Program-made: the position numbers and the translations under genes
Origin: a virus
Taxonomy: Duplodnaviria > Caudoviricetes
DNA length: 61,817 nt
IMG/VR virus record: IMGVR_UViG_3300036906_000071
Coordinates: 1 to 61,817 of that record
Strand: one strand, 5' to 3'
Shown here: positions 1 through 8,790 of the stretch, piece after piece
Position numbering within the stretch: position 1 is the first letter of the stretch
How the letters are laid out: every line of letters begins with the position of its first letter
The notes under the pieces: generated by a model
What the model was told of the DNA's origin: nothing
Databases searched by the model: none
What the model saw: the letters and a program-made list of their open reading frames with translations, nothing else

Positions 1-127
1 GGGGGCGGCGTCCCGGTGTAGTAGACGATCAGCGCAACGTTGGCAATGTTCATCTTTCCGTGGTTGCCAGTTTGTCCATAGATGTCAGCCGTAAAAGATG
101 CTCCAGATATCAGTGTTGGATCGATTG
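1..127. repeat. Terminal direct repeat, copy 1 (assembly overlap marking circularity)
   Basis: Bases 1-127 are identical to 61691-61817, and a reading frame is continuous across the join. Confidence 0.95.
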
Positions 128-1070
128 TATAAAGCGCCGTCACCTGCTGCATGGCGTAGTTATTGTTGGTGTTTGTGGGCTTCAGGTTTACGTTTCCAAC
201 GGTGGGGATAATCGCGTACAGATCGACAAACTCTCCCCCACCAGCGAATGAACTGGTAGCGGTCGCATAGATGGCCGTCACATTGGCCGGAAGAACATAG
301 CTTGGCAGGCTGAAGCCCGACCAGGTCATGGTAAAAAACTCCGCGAATGTGGAAGGACATGCGTATGCTGATCCTGATGTGTTTGTAGTGGAGGCACCTC
401 CACCTCCTGGTTCACCACCTCCACTCGGGCATAGCCCATAATCATGCCAAAATAGCGCACCGCCTGGCCCCGGTGTGTTCACCGTGGGATAGATCACCAC
501 AACCTGCCCGATGATCGGCGGCACCACCTGCATCGCAAGGTCCGCCTGTGATACGCATCCCGTCGTGGTGAATGCCCCACCCGTTCCATCTGGGCAGATA
601 GCCGATGTTGTCACCGGCAATGATGTATCCACCAAGGTTCCCACGTTGATTTTGCCGGGAACATTCAGCGCATAAGCTCCCGATATTGTCTGGTCCGCGG
701 TTGGGTTTAGTTGAACAAAATATCCTGAAAAGTTGGTGATAGCCGTCCACACACCATAGATGCACTGCCACGTTGTATTCGGAACGGTTGATATGTTCGT
801 GTAGAATTGGCCACTGACCAGGCAAACGCCACTCGGTACGCCGTTGCCGTAGATGTTGCCCACCTGCAATGTCGAGTTGATTCCTGGGATAAAGAACTGC
901 TGGGTGGGTATAAAGTTGATGGTTGCGTTCGGCAGCGGCGTGCCATTCGATCCGGCCAGCTTCCCCATCAGCGTCACATAGGGAGCCTGCGCAGCGCAGC
1001 TCGCCAGCGCAACCGCCAGCATCGCCGCTGCCCAAACCTTTTTTATCCAGCCCTTCGCAGTCTTCGCCAT
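1..1070 (-). CDS. N-terminal part of a ~1,380-aa tail fibre/receptor-binding-like protein with signal peptide; continues at 58618-61817
   Basis: Missing from the ORF track. The frame is open from ATG 1070 (MAKTAKGWIKKVWAAAMLAVALASCAAQAPY...) to base 1 and is in frame with MNIANVALIV... across the junction. Confidence 0.85.
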   Translation of the reverse strand, partial: MAKTAKGWIKKVWAAAMLAVALASCAAQAPYVTLMGKLAGSNGTPLPNATINFIPTQQFFIPGINSTLQVGNIYGNGVPSGVCLVSGQFYTNISTVPNTTWQCIYGVWTAITNFSGYFVQLNPTADQTISGAYALNVPGKINVGTLVDTSLPVTTSAICPDGTGGAFTTTGCVSQADLAMQVVPPIIGQVVVIYPTVNTPGPGGALFWHDYGLCPSGGGEPGGGGASTTNTSGSAYACPSTFAEFFTMTWSGFSLPSYVLPANVTAIYATATSSFAGGGEFVDLYAIIPTVGNVNLKPTNTNNNYAMQQVTALYTIDPTLISGASFTADIYGQTGNHGKMNIANVALIVYYTGTPP

Positions 1071-1468
1071 CGCCCATCCCTCTGCGCCTCGTAGCATTCA
1101 TCGCCGCAAGGCAGCATGTAGCTCGTAGCTCCAGCCTCTTCCAACCGCCGACGCGAGGCTGCGTCGTCCATCAGCAGCGGGCGGCCGCACACCTTGCAAT
1201 AGCGGAACTCAACCTCGATCGTTACCGGCTCGCCGCCGTCCCTGCGGTCCATCTGCTCCAGCAGCCGCGCATCGCCCGGCCGCAGCCATACAAAATCCTC
1301 GCCCGTCGTCAGCCCCGCAATCGCGTGCTTGCGCGCCCACTCGGGTATCTCCACAACCTCCGGCTCAACCCGCAGCGCCACGCGCCGCCGCCGCTCCGGG
1401 ATCCCACGCATCTTCCGGTCGGCCCGGTTGCGCCGTATTGCCATCCGCCGGTAGTGCCCTGCCCGCAT
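1043..1468 (-). CDS. Hypothetical protein with Cys motifs (CKVC...CGDEC)
   Basis: Tightly packed in the minus-strand operon. Confidence 0.6.
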   Translation of the reverse strand: MRAGHYRRMAIRRNRADRKMRGIPERRRRVALRVEPEVVEIPEWARKHAIAGLTTGEDFVWLRPGDARLLEQMDRRDGGEPVTIEVEFRYCKVCGRPLLMDDAASRRRLEEAGATSYMLPCGDECYEAQRDGRWRRLRRAG

Positions 1469-1471
1469 CGC

Positions 1472-1693
1472 TCAATGTCCCAGGTGCCACTTCCCGCAAA
1501 AGCCACAGTGGTACGGCTGCATCAGCTCCTTGCGGCCCGGCTTCCAGTGCCGGATCCTGCCCTGCCGTTCCATCTCCACCGCCGCCAGCGCCGCCGCTTC
1601 CGTCTCATGCGCCAGCTTTCCCGCGCATACCCGCTCGAACCGCTCCGGATCCGTCTCCGGCTGCTGAATGTACTTTGTCGCTGGGATGATCAT
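1472..1693 (-). CDS. Small zinc-finger protein (YHCGFCGKWHL)
   Basis: CxxCxxxH motif; ATGA overlap with the upstream gene. Confidence 0.7.
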   Translation of the reverse strand: MIIPATKYIQQPETDPERFERVCAGKLAHETEAAALAAVEMERQGRIRHWKPGRKELMQPYHCGFCGKWHLGH

Positions 1694-1875
1694 CGGTTGA
1701 TGTTGTGCGATGCCTGCGCCATCTCGCGCACCTTTGCGCCATGGTCGCCGCGCGGCGCGGCCTGCATCTTCGCTTCTGGGATCGTCTCGTTCTCATCCAC
1801 CCCCAGCGCGCGATGCAACCGCCCTTTGTGCGATTTCTTGAATGCGTCCTTCGCCCACTTCCCATCGTCGGCCAT
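1690..1875 (-). CDS. Small basic protein (KGRLHRALGV type), possibly virion-associated
   Basis: GGAG RBS before MADDGKW...; resembles small basic podovirus proteins. Confidence 0.6.
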   Translation of the reverse strand: MADDGKWAKDAFKKSHKGRLHRALGVDENETIPEAKMQAAPRGDHGAKVREMAQASHNINR

Positions 1876-1987
1876 CACCGCTCCAATCTCAAGGGCCGGC
1901 CTGCCGGCCGTAGCCGAGCGCCAATGGGCGATTGTTGGCCGGCCTGAGCTGAGACGGCGACTCCTCGGCACCGTCAAAGCTAAATCT

Positions 1988-2257
1988 TCATGCTACCAAC
2001 TGCCACACCATCACAGCGCCCGCCGCGCGCCCGCCGCTGATCCGCGGCTTCCAGCGCCGAGGACACTCCAGCTTCAGGCAATTCCCCTCCCAATGCGCCA
2101 TGGCCGTATCGAGTTGCTCGCGGGCACGCGCCATCGTCGTATGCGTATGCGACCTCGAGCAGCACCGCCCCGCAACCATGCGAACCTCCGCCGGCGTCTG
2201 CTGCCCCTGCAGCACGCATACGCGCTCGTTGTCACGCCGTTGCTTCGCCCGCGCCAA
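1988..2257 (-). CDS. Hypothetical protein, probably the first late gene (TTG start)
   Basis: GGAG-N6-TTG; MARAKQRRDNERVCVL...WKPRISGG. Confidence 0.5.
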   Translation of the reverse strand: MARAKQRRDNERVCVLQGQQTPAEVRMVAGRCCSRSHTHTTMARAREQLDTAMAHWEGNCLKLECPRRWKPRISGGRAAGAVMVWQLVA

Positions 2258-2509
2258 TCGACACTCCAGACTTTGTGCGCAACTTGGCGGCCCTCTTTGG
2301 CTGGCCGCTGGCCTGCGCCAGGCGGGATGCGCTCCCCGGTTCCTGGCCTGTTTCTGCGCTGCTCTGTGGTTTTGGCCGGTGGATTCCCGGCCCATCATCG
2401 GCTTCGAGCCCCCGCAGCCTGCGTGCCTGCCAGGTCCGCGCCGCTGAGCGGTGGGAGATGGTATTGATTACACCCCCTCTTCCCCCCAGGGGTTTCCCCC
2501 ATGAAAAAC

Positions 2510-2538
2510 AGTCAATACCCTAAACCACCGGATGTCAA
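2510..2538 (-). promoter_or_regulatory. Candidate leftward (late) promoter
   Basis: TTGACA at 2538-2533 in an AT-rich gap after the integrase; the -10 element is weak or ambiguous. Confidence 0.35.
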
Positions 2539-2569
2539 GGGGCAAAAACCGATAAAACCCGAAGTGGTC

Positions 2570-3487
2570 TCAGCCATTCCGCCGCAGCCGCTCCAGTTGC
2601 ACCGCCCAGGCCTCCAGCATCGCCCGCCGCTGCTCGGCAAACTCGGCCCGATTGTATACCCCGCGCACGTTGCGCAGCTCATGTCCCAATGCCTTCTCCA
2701 CCACCTCCGCCGCCCAGCCCATCTCCGTCAGGTGCGTCGACGCCGTCCGCCGCAGGTCATGCACCGTAAAGTGCGCAGTCCCCGCCCGCCGCTCATACAC
2801 CCGCAGCAGCCCATTCAGCCAGGACGCCCCGGCCGGCGTCAACCACGCCGATCCCATCGGCAGCACCATCTCCACCTCCGGGATCTGGCGCGCGCGCAGC
2901 GCCCGCAGCAGCTCCACCGCCCGCGGCGGCAGGTACACCACATGCGCGCGGTCCATCTTCGTCCGCTCCCCCGCCATCGCCCACTCGCCGCGCTCCAGGT
3001 CGAACTCGCTCCACCGCGCCAGCCGCAACTCCCCCTTGCGCACCATCGTCAGCAACAGCAGCTCCACCGCCTGCGCGCCGCGCCCGCCATCCGCCGCCAG
3101 CACGCGCAGCAGCCGGCCCAGCTCATCCTCCCCCAGCACGCGGCTCCGGCTGCGCAGCCGCCCAACATACCGCCGCGGCACCGCCATCGCCGGGTCGGAC
3201 GTGCACACATGGCACACCCGCCCATAGTCGAACAGGCGTTTGATGACGCCGCGCAACGCCAGCGCCGATGCAGGCTTGCCCGCGTCCCTCCGGCCAAAGA
3301 CGATTGCCTGCACATGGCGCCCGTTCACGCGGTCCATCCGCAGCCGCCCCAGCCGGGGAAGCACGTCCCGCTCCAGATAGCGCGCCACCGCCGCTGGATT
3401 CTTGCGGTCCCGCGCCACCACCTCCGCCAGATAGCGCGTCGTGAACTCCCGCACCGTGATGTTCGTTGCCTGGTTACTGGCTTTCAT
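2570..3487 (-). CDS. int: Tyrosine integrase, P4-like core
   Basis: Catalytic motifs MVRKGEL, HDLRRT, LGH and VYNRA; likely start MKASNQ at 3487 with ATGA overlap. Confidence 0.9.
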   Translation of the reverse strand: MKASNQATNITVREFTTRYLAEVVARDRKNPAAVARYLERDVLPRLGRLRMDRVNGRHVQAIVFGRRDAGKPASALALRGVIKRLFDYGRVCHVCTSDPAMAVPRRYVGRLRSRSRVLGEDELGRLLRVLAADGGRGAQAVELLLLTMVRKGELRLARWSEFDLERGEWAMAGERTKMDRAHVVYLPPRAVELLRALRARQIPEVEMVLPMGSAWLTPAGASWLNGLLRVYERRAGTAHFTVHDLRRTASTHLTEMGWAAEVVEKALGHELRNVRGVYNRAEFAEQRRAMLEAWAVQLERLRRNG

Positions 3488-4127
3488 CCTCTCAACTCCC
3501 GGTACTCCCGCTTCGCTTCCCGGCATGCATGGATGAACTCCGCCGCCGCTGGGACACAGATCGCGTCGCCGTACATGCGAAGCCGTCCCACTCTGGCGGA
3601 ACTCCCATGAGCCAGCGGCTGTAGGCCGGGTCCAATTGGCCTGTACTTGCCGTCGCGCCCGTACCACCAGTCGCAGTCGGCCCAGAAGCCGCCAGTTGCG
3701 CCTGCCTCGGCAACTGATCGAGCCTCGTGCGGGTCGAGCCATCCGGGTCCACGCCACTCTCGGACATCCCCGAAGTGTCCTTCCAGTCCCTCGCCGAGGG
3801 TGTCGTCACCGAGAGAAATACCTGATCCTCCAACCTCGATTTGTTGTCCATCGCACGATCCGGATTGCCCGCCGCGCTGAAGCTGGGGCAGGGGCAGCTT
3901 CCCGTCCACACGGGTCTGTCGTCTGGCCATCCTGCCTGTCGCAGGGCGAGACTCCAAAATCCTCCACCGGCGAAGAAGTGGCACTGGGTATATCCCACAA
4001 GGTCGCTTGGCTGCACATCCGCAATGCTTCGCTCATCCACATCTCCCGGCGCAATCGCGCCCGCCCTGATCGCTTCGCGGATTGTCTCCGCCTTCAGTGG
4101 GTCGATCTCGTTGTAGTACGCCTTCAT
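3484..4127 (-). pseudogene. C5-cytosine DNA methyltransferase with an internal deletion, split across two frames
   Basis: Motif I (FFAGGG) and motif IV (GSCPCPSFSAAG) are present; motifs VI-VIII are absent; the C-terminal GRLRMYGDAI lies in another frame. Confidence 0.7.
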
Positions 4128-4206
4128 TTTGGCTCTAACCCCTGTTCCACGTGGAGCAGAACAAGTCTATACTTAGAAAGTATCCGCGCACTGTGTAAAA
4201 AAGGAC

Positions 4207-4236
4207 TTGACATCATCCCATCTACTATACTAATCT
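4207..4236 (+). promoter_or_regulatory. Sigma70-like rightward promoter
   Basis: TTGACA-N18-TAATCT in a divergent AT-rich gap; similar to 5671-5699. Confidence 0.5.
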
Positions 4237-4269
4237 TACCTTTGTTGGTATTATTAGAGGGTCCCGCCC

Positions 4270-4356
4270 ATGCTTATGATCATCCTTGCCGCCCCCACCG
4301 CACTCGCCTTCGTCCTCCCCATGATCGCCGAACTCTGGCCGAAGACAAACCTGTAG
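4270..4356 (+). CDS. 28-aa hydrophobic peptide
   Basis: GAGG RBS, MLMIILAAPTALAFVLPMIAELWPKTNL, first ORF after the promoter. Confidence 0.4.
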   Translation: MLMIILAAPTALAFVLPMIAELWPKTNL

Positions 4357-4372
4357 CAGATCGGAGAAACCA

Positions 4373-4723
4373 ATGAAGATCGTCCCATTCGAGTTGTGCA
4401 TGGCCCTCACCGGGGCAAAGGCAATGCAGCGCGGCGGCCCGCGCGGCCCACGCGAGGTCCTGCGCTGGGTCCACCTGCCGGAGAGTGTTGCCCCCGAGTT
4501 CCGCATCGTCTACATCGATAGCGACGGCATCCTGCACCTCACCGGCGAAGACGGCCTCTACATGCCGCAGCCCGTCGCCGGCCAGGTGGAAAGCCCCGAA
4601 GACCTCGTGCTCTGGGTGGAGGATGACCTGCACACAACCGCTCCCATCTCTGACGGTTTCACTGACCAACGCGACGAAGACGCCGCCGATCAGGATTACT
4701 GCGACCGCGCCATTGCACTCTAG
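4373..4723 (+). CDS. Hypothetical acidic protein
   Basis: GGAG RBS; GC3-rich codon usage. Confidence 0.7.
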   Translation: MKIVPFELCMALTGAKAMQRGGPRGPREVLRWVHLPESVAPEFRIVYIDSDGILHLTGEDGLYMPQPVAGQVESPEDLVLWVEDDLHTTAPISDGFTDQRDEDAADQDYCDRAIAL

Positions 4724-4778
4724 TAGCAGCCTAGCCGAGATCCACAACGCAACACGACACACAGAGAGGAATCACATC

Positions 4779-5240
4779 ATGGCAACCAATCCAATGACCG
4801 ACTTTTTCGGTGAAGTTATCTCATCCTACAGTCGCGCCGAAGCTATCGAGGACGGCGTACTGGTCAACCTGAGCGGCTCCACATTCCACTTCCGCGAGCG
4901 CCTCGGGCAGCCGTTGAACGTCGTGGAGGAGGCTGGAATCAAGTTCCCCGTTGCAATGACCATCGCAGCCTTCGAGAAGACCGTATCGGAGATTGACGGC
5001 GAACTACCCGCCGGCCAAGACATCAGCGGTCGCATCTGGGACGTTCTCACGATGTTCCGGCTGGCTGCGCGCAATGGTGGGCAGCTCATCCACTTCCGTG
5101 TGAGCGTGACCAACTGGGTTCACGTCAACGGCAAAGCCATCCACAGGACCAAACAAGAACTGGTCACGCTGAAAGCAGTATGTGGGCCAGGCGACGACGC
5201 CGAGCCCGTCATAACGATCATGCTACCCAACGAGGATTGA
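4779..5240 (+). CDS. DUF6573-like protein
   Basis: YSRAEAIEDGVLV...GRIWDVL...CGPGDDAEPVITIMLPNED signature; GAGGA RBS. Confidence 0.75.
   Translation: MATNPMTDFFGEVISSYSRAEAIEDGVLVNLSGSTFHFRERLGQPLNVVEEAGIKFPVAMTIAAFEKTVSEIDGELPAGQDISGRIWDVLTMFRLAARNGGQLIHFRVSVTNWVHVNGKAIHRTKQELVTLKAVCGPGDDAEPVITIMLPNED
5093..5144 (+). repeat. 52-bp perfect inverted repeat, copy A
   Basis: Exact reverse complement of 7778-7829. Confidence 0.95.
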
Positions 5241-5329
5241 CGTTTGAGTCCTGCCCCACCATCGACCGCAGCTATCTCGGTGAGGTCGCAGCTATCCATC
5301 GCGCCCAGTTCGCTGGTTCGTGCCTTACG

Positions 5330-5640
5330 ATCGGTTAAGACTTATAGTTAAAGAGAGAGACTTAATACAGTAGTAGCCGTAGGTGCGATGGAAAACCAGC
5401 ATAAACAGCCTATCTTCCTTAGTACACTGGCTTTACCTGTGCTTCGAAGGGTGTAAAAACCAATTTCACCATTCTGCATAATGCGGAAATCCCAGCTGCC
5501 TCGCTCCGCCAGGGCCCTGTTTTCCTTGCTTTCCACATCCATCCACAGCACTTTCAACAGCCCTGCGGTGCATATCTTTTCATCAGTCGCGCATCTCCCT
5601 CAATACTAACCTTTTACCGACGAAGATTTTCCACATCCCC
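5330..5640. other. Candidate oriC-like replication origin
   Basis: AT-rich with no credible ORF; CAG-TAG-TAG-CCG-TAG run at 5368-5382; DnaA-box-like 9-mers at 5387, 5529, 5539, 5551 and a consensus TTTTCCACA at 5627. Confidence 0.45.
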
Positions 5641-5670
5641 CTCGCAAAACACGGTACTGAATATACTATC

Positions 5671-5699
5671 TTGACTATTCTCGCATCCTATACTATTGT
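5671..5699 (+). promoter_or_regulatory. Sigma70-like rightward promoter
   Basis: TTGACT-N17-TATTGT upstream of a GGAGG RBS. Confidence 0.5.
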
Positions 5700-5726
5700 T
5701 ACTTTGACGGGTAATGGAGGTCTCCA

Positions 5727-5915
5727 ATGTTCCTGCGTGAACGCTTGCTGATTAAGATGATCGATGAGGCGCGCGCCAACCTCGACACCTGCGAGGCGCA
5801 GCCAACCTCTATCTACTCCCGAACGTCTCCCTCTCGGGAAGAAGCCGTCCAGCGCGCCGCCGCCCTGGTCAACGTACTTGAACTCGAGCGGGCCGACGCC
5901 GGCAGCTCCTTCTGA
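5727..5915 (+). CDS. Hypothetical protein
   Basis: GGAGG RBS; 62 aa. Confidence 0.65.
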   Translation: MFLRERLLIKMIDEARANLDTCEAQPTSIYSRTSPSREEAVQRAAALVNVLELERADAGSSF

Positions 5916-5923
5916 AAGAACCT

Positions 5924-6199
5924 ATGCCAAGCACCGCCGAACGCGCTCCGTCCGCCCCGCCAGCACTTCCCATCCTCGCCGGAACCGACGCCTTTCGCGC
6001 CTGGCTGCGCGGGCAATGCAACGCCTCCAGCGTCAATGCGGTGGCCGCCGGGGCCGGCATCAAGCCAGCCTACCTCTCCAACGTCCTCAACGGCCGAAGC
6101 TCCATCGGGCCATCCTTTGCCGCCCGCTTCGGCTACCGCCACCGCCAGGAGGTCGTCTTCGAGCCCATCGCAGCCGCCAGCCCCACGGAGAAAGCCTGA
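5924..6199 (+). CDS. XRE/Cro-like helix-turn-helix regulator
   Basis: SVNAVAAGAGIKPAYLSNVLNGRSSIG fits an HTH pattern. Confidence 0.7.
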   Translation: MPSTAERAPSAPPALPILAGTDAFRAWLRGQCNASSVNAVAAGAGIKPAYLSNVLNGRSSIGPSFAARFGYRHRQEVVFEPIAAASPTEKA

Positions 6200-6303
6200 C
6201 CCCGCCCAAGGTTTAACTCCCTGCCTTGGCTCCAACTATCGGTCTTTACAGCCCTCTCGCCACCCACAATAGGAACGTCAGGCCATCCTCTCCAGCCATG
6301 CCA

Positions 6304-6596
6304 TCACTGCGCCGCCTTGTAGCACGCCCGGCACAGCACAGGCCGTCCCTGCGTCGGCACAAAGGGCACCGTACAACTTACCATATTGACGGCCAGCCGC
6401 AGTTCGCGCACAGCGCCTCCGTCTCCACCATTCGCCGCCCGGTCCCGGTTCCCTGCCCCTTGCTGCCCCGGCACGCCTTGCACCGCTTTGGATCGTTGGT
6501 CAGCCCGCGTTCCTTGTAGAAGCGCTGCTCCCCTGCGGTAAATAGAAACTCGCTGCCACACGCCTTGCACGTCAACTGCCTGTCTGTCGCTTCCAT
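6304..6596 (-). pseudogene. Zinc-ribbon + CxxC-x17-CxxC protein, frameshifted by a 14-nt insertion
   Basis: LTCKACG..FTAGEQRFY..PKRCKAC..CANCG in one frame and TVPFVPTQGRPVLCRAC in another; removing 6376-6389 rejoins them. Confidence 0.75.
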
Positions 6597-6619
6597 GGTC
6601 TCCTCATTCTCCCCTCAGT

Positions 6620-6925
6620 TTATGCCTGCTCCGTGTCCAACAGCACCATCACCGCCTCGTCCTCGTCGGCGATGCTCACCCAGTTCGGGTTGGTTGGATA
6701 GCGCGTCATCAGCCCGCGCGTCTCCAGGTACAGCACCGCATCCTTCAGTGTTTGCTCCTGCTCCTGCGGCAGCTCCCACCACTCGCCCGGTTCGTCGATC
6801 CCAACAAGTCGACCAGGCCATCCGTTCGCGTCGCGTGTCACGTTGACACCGCATCCCTCAATCAGCGACACCGACGCCTCGTAGGCAATCGAATACGTCA
6901 GCCTGTCCAGTTCTGTCTTCGTCAT
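6620..6925 (-). CDS. Hypothetical protein
   Basis: GGAGG RBS; ATGA overlap with the khpA-like gene. Confidence 0.7.
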   Translation of the reverse strand: MTKTELDRLTYSIAYEASVSLIEGCGVNVTRDANGWPGRLVGIDEPGEWWELPQEQEQTLKDAVLYLETRGLMTRYPTNPNWVSIADEDEAVMVLLDTEQA

Positions 6926-7251
6926 AGATCCTCCGTGGATGGAAGTGGTTCTATAAAGTTCCGGCGCGTGACCTTCGTCTCCTGGATATTCAGTTCGCAG
7001 CGCAAACCCATCTTCGTCGCGGCCCCGCCCAGAATTGTGCGCAGGGAGCGCGCCGTCCTCCCTGTCTTGCCGATCAGCTTGCCCACATCGCCTTCCGCCA
7101 CGTCTATGTTCAGCAGCAGCGCGCCGCCGATGTCCTGGACGCCATGGATATAGACCTGCGCCGGATCGTCCACCAGCGCCACTGCCATCTGCCGCAGCAG
7201 ATCGGCCAATGCCATCTCCACATTCGCTTCTGTCGCCTTAGTCTCGTCCAT
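6922..7251 (-). CDS. khpA: KH-domain RNA-binding protein, KhpA/UPF0109 family
   Basis: ALVDDP...DVGKLIGKTGRTARSLRTIL with an intact GxxG loop. Confidence 0.85.
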   Translation of the reverse strand: MDETKATEANVEMALADLLRQMAVALVDDPAQVYIHGVQDIGGALLLNIDVAEGDVGKLIGKTGRTARSLRTILGGAATKMGLRCELNIQETKVTRRNFIEPLPSTEDL

Positions 7252-8350
7252 GCTCTGCCTCCAAATCGGGATTCCCGGCGGGTGATGGGAACTGGTGCCA
7301 CTCCACGCCGTCCAACAGATGCCCCGTAGCCTTCTTGCCCACACGGGTCACAAGGTTGTTTGGTCCGAGTTCAAAACCTACTGGAGAGCTCCCACAGGGG
7401 GCCGATCGTCCGTCGGTCTGTAACCATCGCACCCGCTCAGGTCCAACCGAGCCCGGCTTGATTCCGTGACCGGCAGAAAGATGTTGATCACCACCCTTCC
7501 ACTCACCCCACTGCTTGAAGAAGAACGGAACGCCGGCGGCGACACACTGATCGCGCAGCCCACGCGCCCAATCGGGGTGCATCGGGCGCGCGCCAGGTCC
7601 ACTCTCTCCGCCGCAGATCGCCCAGTCGATTCCCGTCAGGTCAACCGCGCCGGGGTTGAAGATCAGCGGCTCGAAGGAAACGAACCGCACAGCCGCGGGC
7701 GTTTGCCTGAGTATATCGAGCCGCAGGTGTTGGTTCCCTTCATCGCTCACACCCAGCCATACGTTCGGCAGCGGCCAGTGGATGGCTTTGCCGTTGACGT
7801 GAACCCAGTTGGTCACGCTCACACGGAAGCGGAATCCCTCTGGAAGCGAAGAAGAAGGGTGCTTGCCGTCTCTTCTAAGCAACTCCCACATTGCCATCGC
7901 AAGAGACGCATTGGTCGAGGTAGAAGTACTCCGTCTCCTCGATTCGATATACGCCTGCATCCTCTCGGGTCGCTTGGTGAGCACCTGGGAAGTGTGCCGC
8001 GGCGAGAGCGCCATCACCGCGAAGATGCGGTCCAGCATCTCGTCCGTCACGCCCGGATGAAACAGGTCGCTCATGGAGTTCACGAAGATCCGCCGCGGCT
8101 TGAGCCATTTCAGCGGGTCCAGAAGATGCTCTTCCACAAACATGATCTGCCCGTTCCAGCCGCGCCAGAGTGTTCCGCCATTCTCTCCGTTCGCGTGGAA
8201 GGTAATCAGTCCATCGTAGGGTTGGCCAGGTCCGCAGAAACGCGCAGCCTGTTTCTCTGCGTAGCAGTGCCGGCAACCCTCGCTAACCCTCGAACACCCG
8301 CGGATCGGGTTCCAGCTCTCGTCCGTCCATTCGATCTTCGTCGCCATCAT
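7238..8350 (-). CDS. Phage Gp37/Gp68 (DUF5131) family protein
   Basis: TKIEWTDESWNP, CxxxxxxCxxCYA, FVNSMSDLFH, GGESG and FFFKQWG motifs. Confidence 0.9.
   Translation of the reverse strand: MMATKIEWTDESWNPIRGCSRVSEGCRHCYAEKQAARFCGPGQPYDGLITFHANGENGGTLWRGWNGQIMFVEEHLLDPLKWLKPRRIFVNSMSDLFHPGVTDEMLDRIFAVMALSPRHTSQVLTKRPERMQAYIESRRRSTSTSTNASLAMAMWELLRRDGKHPSSSLPEGFRFRVSVTNWVHVNGKAIHWPLPNVWLGVSDEGNQHLRLDILRQTPAAVRFVSFEPLIFNPGAVDLTGIDWAICGGESGPGARPMHPDWARGLRDQCVAAGVPFFFKQWGEWKGGDQHLSAGHGIKPGSVGPERVRWLQTDGRSAPCGSSPVGFELGPNNLVTRVGKKATGHLLDGVEWHQFPSPAGNPDLEAEHGRD
7778..7829 (-). repeat. 52-bp perfect inverted repeat, copy B
   Basis: Exact reverse complement of 5093-5144. Confidence 0.95.
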
Positions 8351-8790
8351 GCCACCGCCCTTCGTTGTGCTGCGTTGTACTCAGCCTTCTGCCGCTCAAT
8401 CGACGCCTTCTTCGGCCCTCGCTTGCGCACCACCAGAATCCGCACCCGCTCCAGCAGCTCGGCAGGCGAGCACGCGCCCTTGGGTAGGAAGGCATCGGCG
8501 CGGCCGGCGGGGTCATAGCTCTGTACCGTGCCGGAGACAATCATCGCGGGCAGATCTGGATGCAGGTCTTTGGCGCGGCGAACCAGTTCGTTGCCATCCA
8601 TCTCCGGCATCAGCAGATCGGTAAGAAGTAGATCGACCGAGCCGGGCCGCATCCCAGCCAGGGCAGTCAGTACCTCGGGCGCCGAAGTAAACTTCTCGAC
8701 ACGGTAGCCGCGCGTCTCCAGAAGGAAACATCGCACACTCAGCGCCTGCGCATTGTCATCGACCACAATCAATCGCTTCTTCGGCCTCAT
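8347..8790 (-). CDS. Stand-alone response regulator receiver domain with a basic tail
   Basis: VVDDN, LLTDLLMPEMDG, IVSG and FLPKG: all phosphorylation-site residues are present. Confidence 0.9.
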   Translation of the reverse strand: MRPKKRLIVVDDNAQALSVRCFLLETRGYRVEKFTSAPEVLTALAGMRPGSVDLLLTDLLMPEMDGNELVRRAKDLHPDLPAMIVSGTVQSYDPAGRADAFLPKGACSPAELLERVRILVVRKRGPKKASIERQKAEYNAAQRRAVA

